DNA of 63,643 nt, the filler included, from Calcarisporiella thermophila CBS 279.70 (lineage: Eukaryota > Fungi > Calcarisporiellomycota): assembly GCF_041956535.1 (NCBI RefSeq). It is 13 parts of 11 records of this genome, joined end to end, with 100 filler letters (N's around TTAATTAATTAA, not from the genome) between each part and the next. Parts side by side here need not be neighbours in the genome. Positions count along the whole stretch, not along the records: positions 47,123 to 51,289 come from NW_027192196.1; positions 51,390 to 54,009 come from NW_027192230.1; positions 54,110 to 57,840 come from NW_027192249.1; positions 57,941 to 61,703 come from NW_027192191.1; 9 more parts are not named here. One strand, written 5' to 3'. The notes beneath the pieces were generated by a model, which worked only from the letters and a program-made list of their open reading frames with translations, was not told the DNA's origin and ran no database searches. Both the position numbers and the translations under genes were made by a program. Positions 47,751 through 59,999 of the stretch are shown here, one piece after another (positions within the stretch are counted from its first letter, which is position 1; every line of letters starts with the position of its first letter).

Positions 47751-49453
47751 GTGGAAGAATTCATAAGAGGCGACGTAATAGAAAAGGCAAGTCCAAAGGC
47801 AAACGGCTTTCTATCCAACCTCTTTCCAAAACGAGAAAAAACAAAGATCCGGCCACTCCTAGACCTACGACGGATATATCGATATGTGCAGTACCAACAT
47901 TTCAAGATGGAGGGATTGCCAACCATACGGGACCTGATCCAACCGGGGGACTACCTGATCAAGGTCGATCTGAGCAATGCATACTTAACAATACCGGTCC
48001 ACCCGAAGAGCAGACCGTACCTCTCGTTCAAACATCGAGGGGAGACATACTCGTTCAAGGCAATGCCATTCGGTCTAGCTTCAGCTCCACGAACTTTCTC
48101 AAAGCTAATGAAGGACGTGCTAGAACCATTAAGGAAACAGGGATTTCGCCTAACATATTATCTCGACGACATCTGCTTAATGAATCAATTAGAAGTCCAA
48201 GCAAAGAATCAAGCAAAGCTACTGATAAAACACCATCAAGCTCTCGGTTTCATCATCAACGAAAAGAAATCAGAATTGATGCCGAAGAAGCAACAGATTT
48301 TCCTGGGATTCGAAATCAATACAATGACCATGAAAATCAAACTCCCGAAAGAGAAGGTCGCGCGAATCAGACAAGACATAAGATTCGCGAAGACAAAGCC
48401 GAGGACAGCGAGGCAAATAGCGTCACTGGCAGGCCTTCTAGCATCAAAAGCACCCGCGGTGAGGCCAGCATTCATATTTCAACGACGCTTACAAAGAAAC
48501 CTCGCAAAACACCTTCAGAGAACCAACCAAGGATGGGAGAAGGTGATACCACTCTCAAAGGAAACGATAGAAGACTTGAAGAAGTGGGAAATTTTCTTAG
48601 ACCTTCACAACGGCTTGCAAGTAAGAATCCCACCGCCGGACGAAACAGTGAACATAATGACAGACGCATCAGGTACAGGTTGGGGGATAGTGAGCACACA
48701 CCTGACAACACATGGCCAATGGACAAACCCAGAGAAGAAAGCGTCATCGAACCAGAAAGAACTGCGGGCTATTCTCTTCGCTCTAAAGCTGCACACCAGA
48801 CACTGGGAGAACAAGCACAAAAGAATCAAGACAGACAACAAGACAGCCGTGGCCTACATCCAAAACCAGGGGGGCAGGGTGAGTTTACCTCTACTAGATA
48901 TAGCCACAGGGATATGGGAAATCTGCTTAAGACACAACATTCAGATAACAGCAGAATACCTCCCAGGCAAACAAAACGCAGATGCGGACAGGGAGAGCCG
49001 ACGGAAGACGTCCCAACACGAATGGCAACTCCCGGAAGAAGCATGGAGACTCATCAACAAGAACTGGGGAGAGAGAGTAATAGATCTATTTGCAGCGCGC
49101 AACAACATGAGGCACCCACGATTCTTCAACATGAAGCCAGATCCAGACGCGGAAGCAATCAACGCTGTCACACAAATATGGCCGACCAAAGGAGCCTACG
49201 CCAACCCACCTTGGATTCTACTCCCCAGGGTTCTCAGAGAGATAACGCTAAGGAAACTGGAAGAGATAGTGGTGATAATTCCCAACTGGACGACACAACC
49301 ATGGATAGCACAAGCCCTGAACCTGACAATTCAGCCACCAGTGATCCTCGACCTACAACACCTGGACTCACCAAAAGCACTCCCAAGACACCCAGCACAG
49401 GTAATCGCATGGAAACTATCAGGCATGCGCTCGAAGCACAGGGAGTTCCTGAG
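47751..49453 (+). CDS. DIRS-type pol (RT, RNase H, methyltransferase-like domain); 5'-truncated, no gag seen
   Basis: HFKMEG, DLSNAY, MPFGL..APRTF, YLDD, TDASGTGWG, TDN, IDLFA and YANPPW motifs. Confidence 0.92.
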
Positions 49454-49975
49454 TGTAACAGTTTTTGAGGACTGTTAGTGTTGGAACTGATTAAGAGTAT
49501 ATTAATAAAAGGAAAGAAGACAGATAGAAGGGATAACACAAATAACACACACCAGTAGAGAATTCAAAAGAGAGAAAGCACATCCTATATATATGATAGA
49601 ATAGGAGATGATGACTAATAATGATGATAAGATACTTGCTTATACATATTTGTATAAGTATGAAATAACCGTCGTAACACAACAACTATCCGGACTTAGA
49701 TCATGCCTGGTCGTTCTCCAACAGTTAGATATCCTTATTCTTAAAGAATAGAATTCAATTCAAGATAGAATGAAATTCAGGAAAGAGGTGAGGAACAATA
49801 AACAAAAGGGAGTGATTTTAAATAGAATCTCGGGAGTATCTAAGTGGAACATTAATACACCAATAATAAATTTGTGGTCAATAAGTATATAAAAGGAAAG
49901 GTAATTAAATAGGTAAATAATGTAAATAAGGAAGTATTATAATTAATATTATAGTGTAAATTCGGTCGTGTTACA
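49454..49975. mobile_element. Solo LTR family D containing a nested LTR
   Basis: TGTAACA...TGTTACA termini, TSD CTGAG. Confidence 0.9.
49479..49723. mobile_element. Nested solo LTR with copia-like termini
   Basis: TGTTGGA...TCCAACA termini, TSD GTTAG; absent from the other family D copies. Confidence 0.85.
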
Positions 49976-50065
49976 CTGAGAAAGCAATCAAACTCATTTC
50001 CAAGGCAGAAAGGGCAACTACTGGGAAACATTACACTTCAGCATGGAAAAAATTCACAGCATGGT

Positions 50066-50308
50066 TGTAACAGTTCTAAGACTGTTAATGATTCGGATCC
50101 TTAATTAATAATGAATCCAATTCAAGAGAATGAATAATGAATACAAGAGAGCGGTGAGGAAATAATAGAAAACACATCGAGTATTAAATAAAGATGAATC
50201 TCTGGGAAAAAACCTTAAAAACTCGTTTTCATGAGCATGTGATCAGTACGTATATAAAAGGAAAGGGGTATTAATTGTAAAAGGAGATAGAGGCTTGGTC
50301 GTGTTACA
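50066..50308. mobile_element. Solo LTR family D
   Basis: TGTAACA...TGTTACA termini, TSD ATGGT. Confidence 0.9.
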
Positions 50309-51389
50309 ATGGTGCAAAACGAACTATAGAGATCCGTGCAGGTACGACTTACCTACGGCCTCAATGTTCCTTGCTGAGATGAGTGGGAAATACAAGTATA
50401 CCTCGCTCCAAGTCTACCGGTCAGCGATATCGAAGACGTGGCAGATGCCCCACCCAGAAATAGCACCCATGGCCGACCAAGCAATAGTGAAGAAGATAAT
50501 CAAAGGGGCAAAGGAAGTAGCACCTCGTCCACAGAGAAAACAGCCATTTTGGAACGTCCAGAGGGTAATAGAAAGGTTAGCAAGGATCCAAACTAACAGA
50601 GAAACCCCATTAGCACGTCTGGGGCAGAAAACAGCCCTCCTACTTGCACTAACAACCATCTGGAGGCCAAGATCCGACCTCGCAAGAATACCACCAGACA
50701 GAGTGCAATTCATCACTACGGAAAATGGCACACGAAGGGTGATGCAAATTACCGCCATAAAGCCCAAAGAAGGAATGGAAAAGACCATAAGGCTACAAGC
50801 ACTCCTAGAAGATCCAGAGCTATGTCCCGTGGCAGCAACGCACCTCTATATTACGCGCGCCAGAGAGACTTCAATAGGCTATGATAACTTCCCCACTTTC
50901 TTCATCACGGCACGCAAAACTCCAACCCCGGCAACTGGGGACACGGTGGCAAGATGGATCACAGATATGCTGTCCGAATGCGATATCCTAGCCACAGCTC
51001 ATTCAACCAGAAGCACCTCATCATCTTACGCGTTAGTGCAGGGCACACCGCAGGAATCCATACTCAAAGCGGCTAACTGGACCTCAGCGACCACATTCGA
51101 ACGCTTCTATCACCGCGCGGAGATGGATACCTTCCCTGTGGGAATAACTTTACGACGAAACACCATCCAGGGAGAGAACCTTGGGCACGATGCCTAAAGG
51201 GCATTGGCCGAGCCTGTGAAGGCTAATTCCCTTTGGGCGAGAGCCCAAGGGGAACGAAGCTGGATGCCCATGTAACACGACCGAATTAANNNNNNNNNNN
51301 NNNNNNNNNNNNNNNNNNNNNNNNNNNNNNNNNTTAATTAATTAANNNNNNNNNNNNNNNNNNNNNNNNNNNNNNNNNNNNNNNNNNNN

Positions 51390-51797
51390 CGAGGAAGCGA
51401 TAGGAGCCGAACTAATCCGAGCACGAAAAAACCGGCAAATCGAACAGTTTCGAAGAAGGTGGTGCAAGCTGGGTGCGGTTAGAGAAGGAGCGATCGGAGC
51501 GGCACTGATACTGGGATAACGCAGTAATCCCTACCTTATCCCCTCCCTATCCTCTGCTTCCATCTGTTTACTCCCCACCCCACCTCTCATGTTATCCTTT
51601 GATATCCACAGTTAGTTGAGTTTCACCATTCCCTTACCTAATTGAGCTGAAAGTCGATATGACCAACATATCATTTCGAGCTACGATATCACCCAAAGCT
51701 TTAACTTTGGCTTCCCTTTCACTTTATTGCTTATAATAATGTAACAATTGTATTTTAGAGTCTTCCTATACAATAAAGACTCAGCATTGATCAAAAA
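51390..51797 (+). mobile_element. LINE 3' end, same family as 37516-38819
   Basis: Homologous 3' UTR ending CAATAAAGACTCAGCATTGATCAAAAA. Confidence 0.85.
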
Positions 51798-51799
51798 AT

Positions 51800-52750
51800 A
51801 ATGGATTCAACCCTATCGAATTCACACAGCGAATCCCCCCTGTTGGTAACAAACACAACTTTCCTTTAACAAAATGTTCTATTGCAGGGATTGAGACCAC
51901 CGCCTACACAACCAAAACTGGGAGACTATACAAGCAGGATGCGCCAACCATAATCATCGAGGAATAGAAAGATGTTTCCAATGACGTTGACAGATGGACG
52001 AAGGCATGGGCCAGGTGGAAAAGTCGACCGTCAGAACCCAAGCACAGAACCCTTCGCTGGAGACTTATGAAGCATAAAATGGTTACCGGAATCATCACTA
52101 GCAAATGGATTGGAGATCCAAACACTTGCAAAAGGTGTTCCCTAGGGATCCCTGAAACAATTGCCCATGCCTTTCTAGACTGCCCAGCTATCGCGCAACT
52201 CTGGCAAAGAGTTGATGAGATTAACTGCCGAATAATTGGAATACCGCCGCACGAATCCATGAGAGAAGACAGACTGTTTGGATAAGACAAACAAATAAGT
52301 CAACGCTTCAACGAAGTGGTTGCTCTGAGCCACGACATAGCCCTGTGGATAATATACCGCTCGAGACTTGAATTAGTGATCGAGGATGCCTAACCCAACC
52401 CGATAGGTGTAATCAGATAATTTGACCACGAATTGCAGCAAGGAGTAAAGTGTAAGGATGGCAACGATGCAGGGTTGGAAAGAAGACTTCATCGATAAAT
52501 GGTCAAGAGGAAATTAGTTGAATATCATAGACAAATCCGTGATCTTTACCCAAGTCACCTCTGGACATCAAACCTTAGTCTCAACTACGCCTTGAGAACC
52601 ATGATTGTGAAACGGGACACCCCTTCCTATTTGAGTTGAAAATTGTTTTGTCCACCACATCACTTTGAACTACAATACCACCCCAATTCTTAGCTTTTAT
52701 CTACGAATGTGCAAAATCAGAGGGCTTACCAAGAATTGCGCTCTTAAAAA
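51800..52750 (+). mobile_element. Degenerate LINE ORF2 C-terminus (zf-RVT); boundaries approximate
   Basis: CKRC...ETIAHAFLDCP motif with multiple stops. Confidence 0.75.
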
Positions 52751-52870
52751 TCTTTTTCTGCCTAGTCGTAGAAATAGGGTTTTATTGAAATACTGAATAT
52801 TAGTTTATTTCGGAGTTGAAGATAGAAAAAAAATTATCGTTCCCACAAAAGTAGAAATTTTTAAAAAATT

Positions 52871-52942
52871 TGCCCATTATGGGATTCGAACCCACGATCT
52901 TCTGTTTACAAGACAGACGCCTTACCACTTGGCCAAACGGGC
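52871..52942 (-). tRNA. tRNA-Thr(TGT)
   Basis: Acceptor GCCCGTT/AATGGGC, anticodon arm TCTGT-CTTGTAA-ACAGA. Confidence 0.93.
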
Positions 52943-52953
52943 ACAACATGACT

Positions 52954-53012
52954 TGTTATGAGAAAATTGTTTTTGGTACCAGCAAGTCACTTTGACAGCC
53001 ACTAAGGTGTTC
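52954..53012 (+). mobile_element. Diverged LTR A/B-like 5' end
   Basis: TGTTATGAGAAAATTGTTTTTGGTACC...AAGTCAC...CAGCCAC resembles the LTR-A and LTR-B starts. Confidence 0.65.
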
Positions 53013-53027
53013 GAGAGCCTCTCCTCT

Positions 53028-53365
53028 GGGGGAGGGTTAGTGTAGTGGACTATCCCTGGGATGCCGATGAGAACGGCGTGGGTTCGAATCCCACTTCCCC
53101 CACCAGCACTTACTCTTAGTTTGTGGCTGCTATCCACTTGATCAGAAGCTGAGTCTTGATTATTGAAAAGATCGCCCTTACGATAAGTACAACGATTACA
53201 TTGGTTTCACGTACATGCTATTCACGTCAACTACGATACACGCATATCGATTGAATGTCTATCGATCAAGGACCTATATCTCGTTATGTTAAGTCCGTTG
53301 ACATTAACTTCATGTAATATATGGAAATTAAATAAAAAGTTTCCATTAATTGATCAAAAAAAAAA
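53028..53365 (+). mobile_element. SINE family 1, full-length copy
   Basis: Perfect 15-bp TSD GAGAGCCTCTCCTCT at 53013 and 53366. Confidence 0.95.
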
Positions 53366-53380
53366 GAGAGCCTCTCCTCT

Positions 53381-54009
53381 TCCCTCGGCCGTGCGTATAT
53401 CCAGCAAAGGCAAAAGGTGAGCATCGCTATACTGCCATCGAAACTATTGAGTAAACATCCATCCATCATATTGTGCTGAAAAATACAATGGAGGGAAATG
53501 GTCGATGGATGGAGTTGGATGAAAGACAAAAAGATACAATAGTTGAATTTCGCAGATCATCATTTTATACGTGATGGCTATGAATAAATTGTTGGGATAT
53601 CTTCAGAGAATGGAGACTATCTATTACTCTGTATTGGATTCCTCTTCATTTCATCTCTACTCTCACTCCTCGGTAAAGTCCACATGATCAACTCTCGATT
53701 ATTGTCTCGAATATGGTACGTGGCCACAATTATACGCCCACCTGAATACTTCTTCAAAGAGCTGGACGAAAAAATACGGCAGTTCTTATGGGACGGACGT
53801 GGCCCGCAAATCAGTCTCAAATTGCTAGCAAAATCCCGAGAAGAAGGTGGACTTGGACTCATTCTCCCTCGCCACCAAACAACAGCCCTACTTGCCTCAT
53901 AGATACCAAAGTTCGCAGAGGTACTAAAAAGGCCTAACCAAGACCCAAAAACACCTCTGTGGGCAAGCATTCTGAAGCATAATCTCTTGAGCATGTACGC
54001 TCCATTCGG
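53381..54009 (+). mobile_element. Degenerate LINE ORF2 fragment (post-RT region)
   Basis: GKVHMINSRLLSRIWY...FLW...EGGLGL motif. Confidence 0.8.
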
Positions 54010-54109
54010 NNNNNNNNNNNNNNNNNNNNNNNNNNNNNNNNNNNNNNNNNNNNTTAATTAATTAANNNNNNNNNNNNNNNNNNNNNNNNNNNNNNNNNNN
54101 NNNNNNNNN

Positions 54110-54472
54110 TGTAGCGGGACGAACTATTCAAGTCCTACCTAAACTTTCCTCAACTAATTCGTTCGATAGTAATATTTAATCTTATCTTTTTATCTTATTA
54201 TTTTTATTATTTTTATTATTTTATTTCTATTATTTTGCTTAGACCACTTATCTCCTGATCGCAGTTATTTATCGCCTGATTATCATATCATCCGATTATT
54301 TCTTCGATTATTTAATTCCTTTGTTTTTGTTTATGGTTCCTCACCAATTTGCTATATTATTATTATTAAGGTGAGGACATCTAATGATTTTTGGGATATT
54401 ATTATTATTATTTTGATTAAAGACCAATTTGCTATATTATTATTATTAAGTCTACCAAAAAGGACCGCTACA
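54110..54472 (+). mobile_element. 5' LTR of a gypsy element, followed by a PBS (54475-54492)
   Basis: TGTAGCG...CGCTACA termini; PBS TGGCGAGCGTACCAGG resembles the complement of a tRNA-Arg 3' end. Confidence 0.88.
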
Positions 54473-54519
54473 CTTGGCGAGCGTACCAGGGGGTAGACGA
54501 CAACATAATCTATAGCACA

Positions 54520-57500
54520 ATGTCACATTCTTATGACACACCTTCTAAAAGCCAGCATAGACTGGGCTTGGATATTTCCGATGAGGAATCAGTAGCGAAC
54601 TCAGAGCAGTCGTCGCTATATGACGGATTGAATGATCCACATCTATCTTCCCGAGTTTCAGCACTCGAAAATCGCATGGACGAAATGCACAAAATTCTCA
54701 TGAAGATCGCTGAATCTACAACAGGCAACTATAATACGCCTCCACAACGACAGCCAATTTCGGAGCAACCACGACTCTCACAACCTCTGAGAACACCTCG
54801 TTACTCGGTAGAGTCCGACTCCACCACAGCTAGGGTGGAACGCCCGATGCTTACTCCTAATGACTTTGCCAAGTTCTCTCCACCCAAAGATAACGTGGAA
54901 CACTGGCTACGCCGAATCTCGAGGGTCGCAACAGCCTACAACCTTGGATTCGACTATTTGAAATCAATTATCCCAAGCCTTCTTGAGGGACGTGCCGAAG
55001 CTTGGTACGAAACAGATGGCTACGAGGAACTTCTCCAATGTCAATCCTGGGGAGATATTCAGTCTCTATTCCGAGATCAATTCCGCAATGATTCTTCGGA
55101 ATACGACAATAGGATTGAATTAACGCGACGAATCCTCAGATCTGATGAAGATATCGAGGATTATTATTATCAGAAACGTGAACTCATCACTAGATATTAT
55201 GGCCCAGACGTCAGCAACAAGACAATTATTGGCGAGATCTTAGCTGGTCTTCCGCAGAAGATGTCTAGGCGAGCTCAAGCCAATATGGCCATGTCAGGGA
55301 ACCCAAATCCCAGCCCTTCCGCCCTGCTCAAATATCTCAAGAACATCGACGACGAGCTCAATCCTGGGAAGTACAACAGAGACGGCTCATTGAGGAAAAG
55401 TGGACAGAGGACGGAAAAGAGCGAAAATACTCGCCCAGAAAACAAAAACAGTAACTCCCGAGATCCAGAAATCAAGAAAGGACGACCATTTTGCACAGAA
55501 TGCAAAGGCGCGCACTGGAAAAGGGAATGTCCCAATATTAAGAGTACAGAGAACGATACCCACTCTAGGGACCAAAAGGAGGGTCCGACTAACCAACGGC
55601 CACTCAGTAATTACCGCGATAATCAAGATTATCGCAACACACGGCCCAACCAGAATTATTCCACGGGTACTCGAGACCAAACGCGAATCCCTTATCGCCA
55701 ACAGGGGTCATATTACACCAATGAACCGATGGAACAATCACAACCAGCGAATATTCCTGACAATGTTGAGTCCGAACCATATCCTGAAGACGAAATCGGG
55801 TCCCAGTTTCGAACCGTAGGGACGGTACATGACCTATCCAGGACTCATGAACCACAGTCGGCATCAATCACTGACCCACGATATCCGTTTTGTTCGGCTG
55901 TTCAAAGGGTTGCACCCCCAAACGAAACGGCAAGGACTCACATTGCTAAGCCGATTGTACAAGTAAACCGGAATACCTGTACTGCACTCTTTACGGAAGC
56001 AATTATCAATGGGAAACACACGCAGATATGTATCGATACGGGTTCGTGCTACACCCTAATCCGGCGTGAACTTCTGTTTTCCCTAGTTCCAAATGCACGA
56101 TTGACTCCAACTCAAGTCAAGGGACTTCAGGGACTCGGCGCTATTCAAGCTCCCCTTGGATCGATAGAACTTACAGTCACCTTGAAAGCGGTAAACGATG
56201 ATAGACTGCGGTTCAATCTCCAATTCTTGGTCGTAGAACACGTACCACCCGGCGTAATTATCGGCACAGATTCGTTGGCACCTTACGCCGCCAACATCAG
56301 CTACGAGCCACCAATGATCTCATTCTTATCGAACCCCGGGTTGATGTTCCGTCTTCGTCGAGAAGAAAAGCAGACCAGCATCAACAGTTTTAAGGCGCTT
56401 GTTTCACATTGTCAAGTCATTCGCCCAGGGCATCAGGCTTTAGTTTCGGTGCAATTGACCAACAAACAGGCAAATTTCGACGTTCTCTTGGAACCAGCAT
56501 GTCTGAGGGATGGAGCGGTCGCAGTACGAGCAGCGCATACAGTCGTCAGAGCTGGAAGCCCAACCGTACACATACCGGTCGCCAACGTTGGCCTAGAACC
56601 AATTGCACTTAAAACAGGTGAACTTATCGCTATTGCTCATCCGTTTTCGACTTTCACAGTTGCGTCAATACAGAAAGAAGAAAACGCTGGGACAACTGAC
56701 GTCAAGAGTTATCAGGAGTTTATCGAGGCCCTTTCAGCAGCCCATATCAACCCCGAGCTAACACCAGAGCAACTTGAAGCGGTAAAAGAGATGCTTTGGA
56801 AACACCGCAAGGCCTTCTCGCTCGACGGACGTCTCGGTCACACCAACCTCTTGTCAATGGAGATTCAGACTGAAAAGGCTCAGCCAGTTTCGCTACCTCC
56901 CTACAGAGCTTCCCCACGGGAACGCGAGGCAATTGAGAAAGAGGTCAACGATCTTATCGCGCAAGGAATTGTGGAAGAATCAAACTCACCTTGGGCAGCC
57001 CCAGTTATCCTTGTACCCAAGAAGGATGGAGGCCTACGCTTTTGTGTTGACTTCCGACGCCTCAATGCAGTTACAGTTGCCGATCAATACCCATTACCAC
57101 GCATCGACGATCTATTGTCTCATCTTTCTGGTAAGGCATGGTTTACCTCATTCGACGCTAATAAGGGTTTCCACCAGATTCCCCTTGCGACTGAGGAAGA
57201 TCGCGCTAAGACCGCATTCCGAACGCACATGGGTTTACATCAGTACACTCGGATGCCGTTTGGGGTGAAAAACGGGCCTTCAGTTTTTCAGAGACTCATG
57301 GATCGCCTTCTCGGAAAGTACAAGTGGGAGATCGCAGTGGTATACATCGACGATCTTATAATCTCCAGCAAGACGTTTGAGGAACACCTTGCACATTGCT
57401 CAACCATTCTCTCTCTCATTATTCGCGGTGGTCTCACACTTTCACTGAAGAAGTCATACCTCTTCTTCCCAAAGCTCACTGCACTCGGACACTCAGTTTC

Positions 57501-57840
57501 CGGCCTCGGGATAGCCACGTTAGAGGAAAAAACAAGAGCAGTCGCTGAGTGGGAACAACCAACTTCAGTCAAGGAACTACAACAATTCCTTGGTCTGGCT
57601 GTTTACTATCACAAATTCGTGAAGGACTACGCCACAATTGCTAAGCCCCTGACAAGATTACTCAAAAAGGGCGCAGTTTTTCAGTGGGGGAAGGAACAAG
57701 ATGCAGCATTCAAGTTATTGAAGGAAAGGCTCTGCACGGCACCAATCCTTGCACATCCTGATTTTTCCCGACCTTTTCGACTATACACAGATGCCAGCAC
57801 GATCGGGCTCGGCGCAGTTCTCGCACAAGAACATGAAGAT
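54520..57840 (+). CDS. Ty3/gypsy gag-pol, single frame, 3'-partial
   Basis: CTECKGAHWKREC, IDTGS, MPFG, YIDD and TDAS motifs. Confidence 0.94.
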
Positions 57841-59912
57841 NNNNNNNNNNNNNNNNNNNNNNNNNNNNNNNNNNNNNNNNNNNNTTAATTAATTAANNNN
57901 NNNNNNNNNNNNNNNNNNNNNNNNNNNNNNNNNNNNNNNNAAATTATCTTTATTACAGTGGACGTTCAATTAAATTATACAATGGGCAAATTACATTACA
58001 AGGGTTACGCAAGTAGTAACCAGGGTCAATAGTCAAAATTATACAACTAAACTATCGTATTATTACACATCACGTATCCTGTGAAAAATAGATACTGATA
58101 ACCAGTGGTTCATATAAGTGGTTCATCTCGATTTATTTCTCAATAAGAAAACAGATGAACGCCATAGCATACACCACCGTTTAATCTATCCATTTTAATC
58201 TACATTAGTTCGTTGCCATTTAAATTAGAAAGAGACAGGCGGCAAAAAATTTATCCAGTTAGTTTTATTTTTATTACTCTTACTTTAACTACATGCTGGT
58301 GAAATAGAAATCCCATTTTCTGATAAAACATCAGATGATCATGAAATTGTCCTACAACCATCCAGCATGGGCACATTTAACTATCCTACTCTATTTTCTA
58401 CGCTAGCAAGTATAAAAGTCGAATACTTAATTAAAAAGCATCTTTGGCCACTTTGGCTTAAACCGGTGACAGCTTAAATTGAGCTAAGATTATTATGACT
58501 ACAAGATGATCAAGTCAACGGAGTCTCCCTTCGGTCAGAAGCTGTAAAGCTTAGAGAGATGCTAGGGATTATCTGCAAGGTTAATCGATGTAGCAGGATA
58601 AGGTATGGTTGATAGATATCATCGAATGGTAGAAGAAGCTAAACTATGAATGTGCGGAGTCACGAAAAATCCATTCGATGTCTAGGATATGATTAGAATT
58701 GTATTCAAATATGTAAATCACTGTATGATAGCGTTTATAAAGAATGTCCTTTATTATTGTGAAATAATACCTACTTGTAATTTCAATCATGCTATATCTT
58801 CTATATTATCCTTATATTCTTATTTTTGATTCCTCACCGATTCTCCATGATAATTTGCCCTACCTAACCCGAACTAATATAATCGATGCACTTTTATTCG
58901 CGGTCGCTGGGATTGTTGATCTCAACCGCGACATTCCCAAATGCTTTTTTGCCAGTAATGGGTTCAGCTAAGTCGGGACATCAACCTGCAGATGCGAGTA
59001 CAGTTTGCTACTATTTCAGAATAAAGTCTCGCAGAGATCAAGCTAACGGGTAAATATGGGGACTATTTCCGCTATACAGCTTCCGAACTTAACCTCATCT
59101 CTGAGGGGCAGGCCAAGGAAATTGCGTGTGAACTCAAAGCCACCATCGGATCAAAGGATAGAACAGGAAAATTTAGTGTTATTGCAGTTACAAAAGAGAT
59201 GCCTGTAGCAGTTTGCATTCCAGATCCGGAGTGAAGAAGGAAGTGAAGAAGCCATAAAACCAATAAAAAATATAAGTAGAGTAGTTGCCTCTCTTTCAAC
59301 ACATATCAGAGAGAAGAGGACTAGAACTGTTCGTGTACATTTGGAAGGAGATAACGAGAAACTTTTGGGTGTTTTGCGCTACCACGGAGGGAGCTACAGT
59401 TGGCCCCACAGAATCCCAATACAAAGTAAAACCGCGTCCTGAGTCTAGCAAATGAATAAAAGTGGGTGTTAGCGCTGGAAATCAAAGATGGTAAAGAAAG
59501 CAATAGAGGGCCCATTTTTAGCCTCTTCGTCAGTTGATCCTCCGATCGAAAAATCGAAAGCGGATACCACATGATTGCCACCGATGTTGTCATTATTACT
59601 TGGTTTCTCAGCATATTGTTTGTGAATCGCGGCATGGCTGGCACTCGCCTCTTTGGCGTTATACTGGCCTTGACCGGGGTCTATGCCAATGATCTCCCCA
59701 AAATATTATGGATAAATAACAATTTTCCCGGCCATTCCCCTCCAACCGTCGCAGCTGGGGCCAATAGTAGTTTGGATCTGTAACTGGATTCAGTGTGTCA
59801 AAGTTCAGTGGTAAATCAATGAAATATCAAGAAGGAAAATCTATAGTTGTTGTTATTAAAATTGGCTAAGCAATACATATTTATAAGATAAAAGAATAAT
59901 ACAGTGGCTAAT

Positions 59913-59999
59913 TGTAACAGGGCTCGTAAGGTAGACAAGTGATCTTAATAGAATATAGAGATCGGTGAGGAGCAAAAAGAAACAATAGGTGGTGTTACA
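59913..59999. mobile_element. Possible internally deleted solo LTR remnant
   Basis: TGTAACA...TGTTACA termini and a GGTGAGG core as in family D; no TSD. Confidence 0.4.

Larger units (their letters stand above)
49409..51197 (+). pseudogene. DIRS tyrosine recombinase interrupted by solo LTRs
   Basis: Removing the LTRs and one TSD each restores ...QGVPE-KAIK...AWKKFTAW-CKTN...; motifs WRPRSDL, AHSTRS and ANWTSATTFERFY. Confidence 0.9.

Noticed and set aside
48533-49468. 311-aa overlapping ORF as an independent gene
   Set aside because: It is the upstream extension of the YR frame overlapping pol, a known DIRS layout.
58789-59783. Short ORFs on the 57941-61703 contig
   Set aside because: No recognisable motifs and many stops; possibly a decayed gene but I cannot support a call.
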